A DNA stretch of 64,000 nucleotides from Caecitellus pseudoparvulus. Taxonomy: Eukaryota > Protista > Bigyra: Bicosoecida. Made by a program: the position numbers and the translations under genes. The notes under the pieces were generated by a model. It made no database searches. It had not been told where the DNA came from and saw nothing but the letters and a program-made list of their open reading frames with translations. Each line of letters begins with the position of its first letter. Positions within the stretch are counted from its first letter, which is position 1. Shown here piece after piece: positions 34,101-42,953 of this stretch. Location: the NCBI GenBank assembly GCA_965644315.1, contig CBFFRQ010000067.1, forward strand, positions 682,001 through 746,000, in the 5' to 3' direction.

Positions 34101-37100
34101 CAGAGCTCTTGATGCGAACCTCATCACCGACTCGGAAACGGGGAAGATCAGTGGGACCCACAGCCGGTGCCAGCTGCAACTCACTCACTGCTGCAGTCCA
34201 GTTTTGCTGCACGACGAAGTGCACTTTCGCTTTCGTGCCGTCCATTGAGGCCAGGTAGCCGACATGCCCCGCCTCCACGCTGCCCCAGCCGTACTGGGGT
34301 GATGTCACGTCAGGCCTCACGATCACATAGTCACCCACTTTCAGGGAACCTGAGTCACCTCCGCCCCCCGACGCACGCATCATCTCAGGCGCATGCGCCG
34401 CCCAGTTCTTCTGCGACGGGAAGTCCACGCGGATCTTCTGGTCTGACTCCACCTTCACCACGGTGCCGACATGGCCGTGCTTGACGCTGCCCCACCCGAA
34501 CTTTGGAGTCGACACAGTGGGTCGCACTTGCACGAGGTCGCCGACTCTGAATGGGCCTGAGTCACCTCCGCCCCCCGACGCACGCATCATCTCAGGCGCG
34601 TGCGCCGCCCAGTTCTTCTGCGACGGGAAGTCCACGCGGATTTTCTGGTCTGACTCCACCTTCACCACGGTGCCAACATGTCCATGCTTGACACTGCCCC
34701 ACCCGAACTTGGGCGAAGTCACTGTCGGTCGCACTTGCACGAGGTCGCCGACTCTGAATGGGCCTGAGTCACCTCCGCCACCTGACGCACGCATCATCTC
34801 AGGTGCATGCGCCGCCCAGTTCTTCTGCGACGGGAAGTCCACGCGGATCTTCTGGTCTCCTGATTCGAGTTTCACTACGGTGCCGACATGGCCGTGCTTG
34901 ACACTGCCCCAGCCATACTTGGGTGCTGCCACGGTAGGTCGCACCTGCACCTGATCCCCGACTTTCAGACCACAGTACGGCTCAGAGCTGGTGGGCATGG
35001 CTGGTTGCAGGACAGCACCAGCAGCAGTGCAGCCCGGGTCAACAAGGCCCCTGCCACCTTCGATGCACGCCTCGGCATGCTGCAGCTCCACGTTCCACAC
35101 TTTGATCGAAGTGCCTGTCCAGTTCACCATCACAGAGCCGTCCGACACGTCCATGCTCTCGACAACGCCCACCTGCTCTGGGCTTGGCAGGGCCGAACCA
35201 AAGCGTGGGGAGTCCACGTCTGCCACGACACGGACACGGTCACCCTTTGCATAGACACCAGGGACCAGGCGCTCCAGCTCAGAGGCAAGCGCCTTCCACG
35301 AAGGGTTGCAGTGAAACGCAACTCGGTAGCTGTGGTCATCGGAATCCACTTTGCCCAGGTCTGCGACGACGCGGCCGACGGCAGTCTTGTCTCGGGACAG
35401 TGAGCCCCACTTGTACTTCGGCTCTTCAATGTGGGAGCACACCCTCACCAAGTCGCCCAGCGCGAAGGCGGCGCAGGCAGGCTCAAGCTCCGGCGCCAGT
35501 GCCACCCAGCCTGACTGCGCCGGGAAGTCGGCTTTCCACTTCAAGGCAGGGCCTGTGGGGCCGACGAGGGTGCCGACGTGCCCGTGCCGCACACTGCCCC
35601 AGCCGAACTGCACTGACGCCAGCCCAGACCGCACACGCACACGCAGGCCGGGGTGGGGGTCAGCCATGCCCACTCGCCTCATCTCAGGCGCATGGGCCGC
35701 CCAGCCACTCCGCTGCGGGAAGTCCACGTACAGCTTCTCTCGACTGCACAGCTTCACAACCACCCCCACGTCGCCCTTGCTCACGGACCCCCACTTGTAC
35801 TTGGGCTCCGCCACATCCTCTCGCACGGTGACGAGGTCGCCAACGCGGAAGCCGTGGCTGCCGACGAGCTCCAGCTCCAAGTTGGAGCAGCGCCAGGAGG
35901 ACTGGTGTGGGAAGTCCACCGTCACACTGCTGCCTGTGACTGCCTTCACCTTGCCTGCGTCGCGCCAGCGGTGGGAGCCCATGCCGAGCTTGGGCACGGC
36001 GACGCCTTCCTTCAGCCGCACGAGGTCGCCGACGAGGAACACGCCGGGACGCACCGCGACCAGCTGGTTCATGTCCGCCGACCAGCTGGACTGGATGTCA
36101 GAGAAGCACACTCTCCAGGCACCCGACGGCGGGGCCTCCACGACGATGCCCAGGTCGCCCGCTCGCACACTGCCCCAGCCGTGTGTCACCGACGTCAAGC
36201 TGGGGTCAACTCGCACCAGGCTGCCCTTGCCCAGAATGCCAGACTGCAAGCGCTCCTCTGCCATGGCGGCGACCTGTGCACTGATTTGTTCGGGCGTTTG
36301 GACGGCGCTCGCGGCGGCAACGTCGGCGGCGGCGACGGGTGGGGGTGGCATCGTCGGGGCGCCTGCCGAAGCAGGCTCATCGTCCACCTCCCTCAGCTTG
36401 CCCAGCTTGCCCAGCTTGCTCTTGGGGCGGGGGGAGGATGCCACACCCGGCGAGTCCAGAACAGGGGACACCAGCGTCGCCTCCCGCAGAACATCCTCCA
36501 CGTCCAGCACGGCAGCTGACAGTGTGCCTGCAACTGCGACCTTGGCGCCGCCTGCCAGCGACACGAGGCTGTGCACTGGCCCCAGGCCGTGGTTGAAGAT
36601 GGTGGCACAGGGCGTGGCAGAGCCGATGTGCCACAGGCACAAGGTGGACCCCGTCGCACTCATGGCACATGCTTCGCCAGCGGTGGGTGCCAGGGCAGTG
36701 ATGGGGCCTTGCTGCTTGGGCAGCTCCTGCACCACGCTGCCGCTGGTGACATCCCAGATGAACAGGGAGCCATCTGCGTGGCCTGTCATGACCTGCCCTG
36801 TAAACAGAACCACTGCAGCCGTCGGGGTGGGCATGCTGCTCAGGTGCTTGAGAGCGTCAGCCATGCCGCCGCTCTCAGCCCCCCCGTCAGTAGTGCTCCC
36901 CGTCTGGGACACGCCGGGGTACATGGGCATGTCACCGTAGGCGGACATTATTGGTGCTGCGCCTGCGCCGGCGTACGCAGGTGCAGGCGCCCCGACGGCA
37001 GGCGGTGCGGAGGGCAGCGGCATGCCGGGTGTGGGCGTGAAGCCGTGCGGCGAGGCTGTGCCTTGGCTGTCAGCAGGCAGGTGGGGCGCCAACAACGTGC

Positions 37101-38793
37101 GAGCCCAGGCAGTGTCACTGCGCAGGGCACGTGCAAATGCCTGCAAGGCCTGTCCTGCTGCCAGCAGTCGGCCGGCGCCTTCTCGTACAGCGGCAGCATT
37201 GGCGTCCCTACCTGCAGCTGCCAAGTGCGCCACAGCCGCAGCGAGGAAGGCCCCTGCACTCTGCAGGAAGGCCCCGCGTTCAGGCAGCGCCGTGGAGGTA
37301 TCCAGGTACGCCAGGTCAGGGCTCAGGAGGGCTCGGAGGGGCTCCACCAGGGCAGAGGGAGGCACTCCGGAGGCAAGGTCTTGCAAGATGCTGTGAGACT
37401 CGAAGCGGGAGGAATCCCCTGACAGCTGCAGCGCCAGCAGTGCGCCGCCATCTGCAAAGGTGTTCAGCAATGCCTCCACGTCCACAGCGCCCAGGGAGCC
37501 GGCCAGGGGCGCTGCCGCGAGGCGTGAACGAACGGGTGTCAGTACCGAGGCCCGGAAATCATCATCGGCACACAGCTGCCCGCTATCGGCGCTAAACTTG
37601 GAAGGCAGCTGCAACGCCACACGGGGGGCTACGTCAGATGCATCATGCACCTGCTGAAGCATGGGGAGCGCCGCTGCAGCAGCTTGCAGCGCCGGCCACG
37701 TGACAGGTGCGTGGGAGGCGGGAAGAGCGCCCACCAGGGCAGGGAGGGCCTGGGCGGCGGACTGCACCAGCGTGATGGCTGTGGTGATGACGTGCACCAA
37801 GCCTGACAGTGCTCGGCCGGTGATGTCGTCGACACCGCCACCCACTGCACTGTTGATGGCCTCGGCATGCGCAGTGCAAACCGAGTGCGCGACATTCAAC
37901 AGGCGCACCAGCGGCGCGGCACTGGCGGCCTGGAGGGCATCGCGGGCCGTGGAGGAGCAAGGCTTGCCCCCCTGAGACATGTGAGGCACGGCGAGAGCCG
38001 TGCGGAGGGCAGCGCCGACATCTGCGACGGCTTCTGCAACTTCCAGTGCGCCACGCCGAAGCGCGTCAGCTGCTGCTGGCCACGGCGCCTCGCAGGTCAT
38101 GGTAATGAGGGCCACCACGGCACCAGTGGCTGCACCCCAGTCCACCTCTGCATCAGCAGCCTTGCTTTCGTCCTGCTGAGTCGAGGCAAGCACTTGCGTC
38201 AGTGCGGGCAGGCTGAGCGAGTGCGGAACTTGATCCACCACGCCAGCTGGCGCAGCCCACGTCTGTTCAGCCTGCACAGCAGGCAGGTCGCCCTGGGCGG
38301 CATGGTGGATGCACACCGCTAGAAGGGGCGCCAGACGGGAAGCTCGTAAGGGTCCAGTGGTTGGGCGGCATGCCTCACCAGCTTGCTCTGCGGCCTCCTG
38401 CAGTGCAGCAAGGCTTTCTGCAGGCGCGCTGCCCTCAACGCGCAGCTGCCGCCTCACGCGGGCGAGGCAGGACTGCAGGTGCACAAATGCATCACCTATG
38501 TCCTGCGCGGCATCCGTCGCGTCTTGCCGTTCAGCGGCAGAGGAGGCTGCCAAGTTGGCAAATGCCGACGCTGCAGCCCCAGCCACCTGCTGCGCCTCTT
38601 GCAGCAGCTCAGGGAGTCTCTGGGCACCCCCTGAGGCTGCTGCAGGAATGACACTTGTACAGACATGCAGGAGGTAGGCGATGCTGTCTCCAGGGCCAGG
38701 GGCAGCGCCCCTGCACGTGAGTGCCTTCCACGGCGCCGCTGCTTCCCAGCCAACACATTGGCTCGCGATACGCTGCAAGTCAGAGCCTGACAT
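31147..38793 (-). CDS. 2548-aa protein: helical N-terminus, WD40 repeats, 11 KEG/HERC2-like (Mib SH3-type) repeats, further WD40 repeats
   Basis: Uninterrupted ORF. WD motifs 'TGHADGSLFIWD', 'ATADGRLAVWD', 'HNCTVTVWD'; repeat consensus F(R/K)VGDxVxV..PK(Y/F)(G/K)WGSV..G.VG.V..VDFP.Q..W.A...E. Confidence 0.88.
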   Translation of the reverse strand: MSGSDLQRIASQCVGWEAAAPWKALTCRGAAPGPGDSIAYLLHVCTSVIPAAASGGAQRLPELLQEAQQVAGAAASAFANLAASSAAERQDATDAAQDIGDAFVHLQSCLARVRRQLRVEGSAPAESLAALQEAAEQAGEACRPTTGPLRASRLAPLLAVCIHHAAQGDLPAVQAEQTWAAPAGVVDQVPHSLSLPALTQVLASTQQDESKAADAEVDWGAATGAVVALITMTCEAPWPAAADALRRGALEVAEAVADVGAALRTALAVPHMSQGGKPCSSTARDALQAASAAPLVRLLNVAHSVCTAHAEAINSAVGGGVDDITGRALSGLVHVITTAITLVQSAAQALPALVGALPASHAPVTWPALQAAAAALPMLQQVHDASDVAPRVALQLPSKFSADSGQLCADDDFRASVLTPVRSRLAAAPLAGSLGAVDVEALLNTFADGGALLALQLSGDSSRFESHSILQDLASGVPPSALVEPLRALLSPDLAYLDTSTALPERGAFLQSAGAFLAAAVAHLAAAGRDANAAAVREGAGRLLAAGQALQAFARALRSDTAWARTLLAPHLPADSQGTASPHGFTPTPGMPLPSAPPAVGAPAPAYAGAGAAPIMSAYGDMPMYPGVSQTGSTTDGGAESGGMADALKHLSSMPTPTAAVVLFTGQVMTGHADGSLFIWDVTSGSVVQELPKQQGPITALAPTAGEACAMSATGSTLCLWHIGSATPCATIFNHGLGPVHSLVSLAGGAKVAVAGTLSAAVLDVEDVLREATLVSPVLDSPGVASSPRPKSKLGKLGKLREVDDEPASAGAPTMPPPPVAAADVAAASAVQTPEQISAQVAAMAEERLQSGILGKGSLVRVDPSLTSVTHGWGSVRAGDLGIVVEAPPSGAWRVCFSDIQSSWSADMNQLVAVRPGVFLVGDLVRLKEGVAVPKLGMGSHRWRDAGKVKAVTGSSVTVDFPHQSSWRCSNLELELVGSHGFRVGDLVTVREDVAEPKYKWGSVSKGDVGVVVKLCSREKLYVDFPQRSGWAAHAPEMRRVGMADPHPGLRVRVRSGLASVQFGWGSVRHGHVGTLVGPTGPALKWKADFPAQSGWVALAPELEPACAAFALGDLVRVCSHIEEPKYKWGSLSRDKTAVGRVVADLGKVDSDDHSYRVAFHCNPSWKALASELERLVPGVYAKGDRVRVVADVDSPRFGSALPSPEQVGVVESMDVSDGSVMVNWTGTSIKVWNVELQHAEACIEGGRGLVDPGCTAAGAVLQPAMPTSSEPYCGLKVGDQVQVRPTVAAPKYGWGSVKHGHVGTVVKLESGDQKIRVDFPSQKNWAAHAPEMMRASGGGGDSGPFRVGDLVQVRPTVTSPKFGWGSVKHGHVGTVVKVESDQKIRVDFPSQKNWAAHAPEMMRASGGGGDSGPFRVGDLVQVRPTVSTPKFGWGSVKHGHVGTVVKVESDQKIRVDFPSQKNWAAHAPEMMRASGGGGDSGSLKVGDYVIVRPDVTSPQYGWGSVEAGHVGYLASMDGTKAKVHFVVQQNWTAAVSELQLAPAVGPTDLPRFRVGDEVRIKSSVTSPKFGWGSLRSGTRELGVVKGIKHPDCIEVDWPESGYKGWKAGASDLEPARVPAPTPSAPASVAAGDAAGTAETVLGIVGLPVSALKLSYPTRAPGPVQATVTQTGQLVLGHAGRGSLGIWDTMTGKREKLVGQAVGEGVSCLLGLDTGHVIAGFADGSARMLDVQSGDTVHSLHRAGNTSPLVAFLQLPWGDLAGVSSDGRLSMWSGSSGQLVGVCTLPGSPVALLALQQEQTLLVTTQGLHIVPELVDVHCRHLAAESAASSPPTAVAAGEGLCAALLGVDRVHVWSVELGAVIATVTGLGAIRGVAMLPGPVLAVATTSALHFLNPLEEDSLPGRGGTPVSTGDSSISCLAAGWRPGSLILGLDDGRAMLVEGGGQSPGSVLQSHPATTTSAVSAITSGQGGCILVHADGSVAQWVDGAGSGGCAWPASLLRGSGSVAGAVPTQHGVVVAQRDGTLSLLGGSTPCCLESVETEQQCAATVWLGGDSLCTLHPAAGDMRVWRVGRQKLDLTAVLPCPSAQCVAVLELATGTLCAGLGDGSVAVLSTALTRAPPPKWSGGLPADFVAVCGAGDDSCLLAVTASASGDGVGVDPVRGQCALRVPGLTSSKGCPMGRLPDGRCVLGTPNGLSLLTADLSLDLQIAMPAAPSTLAVLNGHLIATAHNCTVTVWDIQRGTGQELCTTTCPGRVAALAPIRGGLAVAIAGTVDGKGFLKVLAAAGTSQGNATDAGGGRPLFTSPITAMAAVGSISDVAVATADGRLAVWDLDAAVPLRRAPGSWGFATCLVALRDGTVIGAGASGTVCAWDTLGHTSLLAAGGCDLVSLGTTVSGGVVAGTGDGSLLWWTAADVARTGPLPPTGVAAAGSSDDSLPKLPAVGASSFVGGAGRGDGSAVEVEAQGEGEVGLSQEAQKAGALVRAAVSVGWPTLGLWLPELGDGSTHASLRRMAKVIAGGMVSVPADPELDNTCAELQRIVQAVSDAT
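34349..34965 (-). repeat. Three near-identical ~207-bp tandem coding repeats (HERC2-like units 7-9)
   Basis: 'cctgagtcacctccgcc' recurs at 34349, 34556 and 34763 (period 207 nt, 69 aa). Confidence 0.95.
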
Positions 38794-39003
38794 GCTGCAG
38801 GGAGAGGATCCAAGAAGTTAACGACAACGGTTGCACCCTGCGTACAGCTCGTCACGTGTAATTTTGCGTGCCTGTGCGACTGTTGCTTCGGCGTGTTGGG
38901 TTGGCGTGGTGGCTCGCGTGTTTCGCAGTAAACCCCGCGGCAGGCAGGGGCGGTGCCCGGGAGGAAAGGGCGCAGGCCGGGACTGTCCATGTACATTTCA
39001 AAG

Positions 39004-40216
39004 TCACGCCAGCTTGGCGCCGACGGGGTAGGCAGTGTCTGACAGCACACCGCACTGGCCGCACACCTTCACTGGCGCAGTGTCACCCTTGCAGGCCGAG
39101 CCGTCCTGAGGCGTGGAGTCAATGCCGCACTTGTTGGCGTCACCGCCATAGCGGGCCAGGCGGATGTAGCCGTGCTCGCCCCACGTGGGGGACCAGGAGT
39201 TGCGGATGAGCCAGTAGTCCTGCCCAGTGGCCTCGTCTGTGCCATACCCCATCAGCACCACGGCGTGGTCAATGTCAATGTTCTTCGCGAAGTCGCAGCC
39301 AGTGTACACGCCGCCGCCGTAGGTGGACCAGGCGCTGGCGTCCACAGACACGGCCACGGGGCCGATCAGGGCGACGGCCTGGGCCAGGGCGGTGTAGTTG
39401 TTGGCAGGCAGGTTCACGTGGCCGTCAATGGCCACCACGGACTTGGTCTTGGAAGTCATGTTGCAGGCGGGCGTGTGGCCGTAGAAGCTGTTGTACGGCA
39501 TCTGCCACTCGGAGGTCATGCCGCCAAAGGCCTTCACGTAGTCCCACGCGATCTGGGCAGTGGCGCCGGAGCACCCGCCCGTGCCACCGCACTGCTGGGG
39601 GTTGGGCGCGCACTGCACCAGCTGCTCCACGCCCAGGTCGTGCAAGTAGCCCGTGTTGATGGCGACATGGGACTCCAGCACCTCAGTGGCGGCAAATGCC
39701 CAGCAAGAGCCGCAGTGGCCCTGGTTCTTCACAGCCGTCGCCACACCCTCCTTGCGCCAGTCCACGCTCTTGGGCAGTGCGGAGAGGGGCGTGGAGGCCA
39801 CATCAGGGGGCAGCGTGAACTGCGAGCCGGCCTTCAAGTTGTGGCTGGCGGCGCCCTTGGAGCGGCCGAAGAACGTCTTCATGTCGGCGGCGGTGTGGTC
39901 TGTGAAGCGGTTCACAGCCTTGCGCCACGTCTGCCCTGGCGCGGCGTTGTGCGTCAGGATGTCCGCGACGTTGGCGTGGAAGGCAGCCTCTGCATGCTTC
40001 CACTGAGGAGAGCCAGGGGTGTAGTCCTTGCCGAACTCCTGTGCGGGGGTGGAGGGTGCGGGGCGTGAGCAATGTTGCTGGCGCGCTGGCGCGTCAGTTT
40101 CCGCAGCTCCTCACCATCACGTAGTCGGCGAAGGAATACTTGGTCAGGTCAGCAGGCACAGCTGCCACAAAGGAGGCAGCAGCTGCCACGAGCAGGATGC
40201 TGGCAATGGTCTTCAT
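39004..40216 (-). CDS. Papain-family (C1A) cathepsin L-like cysteine protease with signal peptide and I29 propeptide; exons 40216-40115 and 40038-39004
   Basis: MKTIASILLVAAAASFVAA signal; 76-nt intron; 'VNRFTD' propeptide motif; 'LPKSVDWR'; catalytic QGHCGSCWAF, DHAV and IRNSW. Confidence 0.95.
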
Positions 40217-40841
40217 CTGCGGGGCTCGACGTCGGCGCAAGGGGTGCAAGGCGTGTGGCGAGACTTGGCTGCACTGGCGTGGTGTCCGCTGCGCTGACCG
40301 CGAGTCGGCGCGCACCTAGCAGCGCACAGCCGTCAACGGGCAAACAATAATGGAAGCGACAACGTACCGTGACTGTTCCTTGCGAGCCGGAGCACTTCGT
40401 CCCGTCAAGAAGGCTGACTGTGAGGAAGAGAGTGGACGTGCAAGAAACGCTCCACTTGGACGGTCCAAGGTTGCAGCAGAACTCACAGCACAGCAGGGGG
40501 AGACGTCGGCAAAGCTGGGTGTGTATACGGGTGTTTTGTGTTTTGAGTGTGGTCTGTATTTGCGCCCGCCTGCGCCTCAGGGGGCATGGGTGTCCAGGTG
40601 TAGCCCCCCTGGCGATGGGCAAGCTCGTCTCACGCTGAATGCAGTGTCGCCCGCCACGCAGGTTCGGGGGCAGCCGCCTGTAGTGCTGTATGAGTCCTGA
40701 GCAGCGTAGCTGCCCAGTTTCAAGCCCCCCGCAGGCTGCCCTGCCATGTCCTCTTCGCCAGCCGAGCTGTTGCTGAAGTTCTGGCCGCGAGCCGCTGCCA
40801 AGCTGCATAGACACAGCGACGGCGTGAGAAGCCTGTGCGTC

Positions 40842-42953
40842 CTATTCTTGCGAAAGTGGCAAAGGCGACACAGGCTCTACCGCTACAGGGGCGTCGTCTG
40901 CCTGCAGGATAGGGGCGGCGCCTTGATCTTTCTGCTGCCGTGGCGCGGTCGCTTGAGGGTTGCGCGCTGCCCAGAACAGGAACACACGCCGCCTGCGCCC
41001 CCAGGAGCACACCAACTCTGCCCAACCATCCAGTCCAGGTGCCAGGCGCCCCGCTGCAACCCACAGCTGCAGCAAGCTTTGGGGAGGGCTGACATCATTG
41101 TCCATCAGTGTGCGGAGAATTGGCAGCAGCTCGGCGGCCGAGGCAGTGCAGGGCTTGTACCGGCAGTCGCACCGCGCACACGCCTCAAGGTGCATGCGTG
41201 TTAGCATGGTGAAGGGGTCGAAGGGTCCGCCAGGGGCAGCCGCTTCGCCCAGCTCTTGAGCGAGGTTGCGACAAGTCTGGGCGAGAAACGCCCGCTGTTT
41301 CTGCACTTTGCCTTGAGCGCTGGACTTGTGATGCGCCTCCCCTCCCTGGGCTTGTCTTGCAGAGCCAGGGGCACGACGAGTGCTGCCTTGAACTGCCAGT
41401 GTTCCCGTTGCAGCGACCAGGCGCAAGCGTGGAGAGGCCGTGCCTCGTTGCTGCGACGTGTGGCGGTGGCGGCGGGGCGAGCCTGCTTGCAGCCTGGCAC
41501 GGGCAGAGCGAGCTGGTGGAGGCGAGGACAGAGTTGACCCAGCAGCATGCGCAGTCTTGGTCTCTTGTGAGCCCCTGGTGTGGGTGCCTGGGGTGTGCAG
41601 CGGGCTCTGTCGTGGTTTCTGCTTGCTCCTCGATTTGCGCAGCGCCGCAGCGAGCTTCTCAGCGGCCTGGCGACCTGCGACAGCGGTACGCAGGAGGTCG
41701 CTGCTCGAAGGTTGACCTTGCATGGCTGCAGGCGCCGGCAAATCGGCCACTAGGGGCCACACGAGGCGAGGCGGCTCCTCGGCAGCTTCGCCACCGGCAG
41801 CCGCCCACTCGCAGCCACAGCCAAAAAGGGCGTCAACTATGTCGCCGACGTGCCGAATACATGCGGACCAAGTGGAAGCACGGTGCTGTGCATGCGCGCT
41901 GACCACCCGGCCTTTCGGTGGCGATGCAAGGCGCAGCGCTGACAGAGCCCACGCGACCACCCCTGCGACAGGCGATGGCGCCCCAGTGCAAGGCACTGCC
42001 ATCAGCGTCTGCACGTCCTCCTCCTCTGCAGAGTACAGCATGAAGTTGAAAAATTCGCGCAAGTGTGAGACGTGCACCGGTGGCCTGTGCTGCAGGGCTG
42101 TGTGCAGCCAGTGCTGCTCAGCTTGCGCAGGTGTGAGGGAGCGACGGCTGGCACCGCCCTCCCGATCGAACGCGTCTGCACCCATGTCTGACAGCAGCCA
42201 CCGCACGACTGTGGGCTGTTCCAGTGGACTGCTCAGTGCCAGCACCAGCAAGCTGGGAGCCGCGCCCCAGCCGGCCAGCGGCACTCGAGTGGACAGCGGC
42301 AGCCCAGCCTGCACGAAGGCTTGCAGGAGGGAGCAGGGCTGCCCAGCCAGGAGCGCCGCCAAGGTGGCATTGGAGCCTTGTGGGCCAATGCCTGGGATCT
42401 CCACCGTGCCGAACTGGTCAGGCGAGAACACGGTGAAGAACGCACGCAGAGCAGCCACAACGTTTGCATGCCCGGGTGGCCCTGCGTATGTGCGCATGCA
42501 CGGTCGCCGGTACGCGCCTGCGCCTGCCCAGGTGACAATCACACGCCCCATGCTGCGAGCAAAGTCTTCCTGGCTGGAGGCCGTCGCGTGCAAGTGCCGG
42601 ACAAGGGCGGCCCAGGAGCCCCCCCGTGTCGGCTGCGCCGGCGCCACCTGCCCCAGCATGGCCACGATGCGCTGCGGCGGCAACGCGCCAGCTTCCAGCA
42701 GGCCGCCGACGACAGCCCCCAGTCCCGGACAAGCAACGATGTGGTGCACGTGCGTCATGCCTGCAGCCAGCCAGGAGCGCACCTGGGCCAAGATGGAGGG
42801 AGGCACGCCGCTGCCAGCACCAGCCGTCCCAGCCACGCCAACCTTGTGTCCCAGCACCTCTCCACCCGCGGCACCGTGGCCCTTCTTTGCGAGGCTACGC
42901 GAAAGCGTAGTGAGGGCCTCTGGGATCGCGTGGGGGTCCTCTTTGTGCTGCAT
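40842..42953 (-). CDS. Hypothetical protein (~700 aa), possibly with degenerate ankyrin-like helices
   Basis: Long ORF; 'SLLVLALSS..VVRWLLSDMGAD' resembles an ankyrin unit; C-terminal 'HLEACARCDCRYKPC' Cys cluster. Confidence 0.6.
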   Translation of the reverse strand: MQHKEDPHAIPEALTTLSRSLAKKGHGAAGGEVLGHKVGVAGTAGAGSGVPPSILAQVRSWLAAGMTHVHHIVACPGLGAVVGGLLEAGALPPQRIVAMLGQVAPAQPTRGGSWAALVRHLHATASSQEDFARSMGRVIVTWAGAGAYRRPCMRTYAGPPGHANVVAALRAFFTVFSPDQFGTVEIPGIGPQGSNATLAALLAGQPCSLLQAFVQAGLPLSTRVPLAGWGAAPSLLVLALSSPLEQPTVVRWLLSDMGADAFDREGGASRRSLTPAQAEQHWLHTALQHRPPVHVSHLREFFNFMLYSAEEEDVQTLMAVPCTGAPSPVAGVVAWALSALRLASPPKGRVVSAHAQHRASTWSACIRHVGDIVDALFGCGCEWAAAGGEAAEEPPRLVWPLVADLPAPAAMQGQPSSSDLLRTAVAGRQAAEKLAAALRKSRSKQKPRQSPLHTPGTHTRGSQETKTAHAAGSTLSSPPPARSARARLQAGSPRRHRHTSQQRGTASPRLRLVAATGTLAVQGSTRRAPGSARQAQGGEAHHKSSAQGKVQKQRAFLAQTCRNLAQELGEAAAPGGPFDPFTMLTRMHLEACARCDCRYKPCTASAAELLPILRTLMDNDVSPPQSLLQLWVAAGRLAPGLDGWAELVCSWGRRRRVFLFWAARNPQATAPRQQKDQGAAPILQADDAPVAVEPVSPLPLSQE

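Noticed and set aside
34349-34965. 207-bp repeats (and the 12-bp GGMP and 33-bp RAPSL repeats) as a CRISPR or satellite array
   Set aside because: They have no unique spacers, their periods are multiples of three, and all are in-frame coding repeats in a eukaryotic gene.
31147-38793. Calling the gene KEG or HERC2
   Set aside because: Only the repeat is shared; RING, kinase, ankyrin, RCC1 and HECT domains are not seen.
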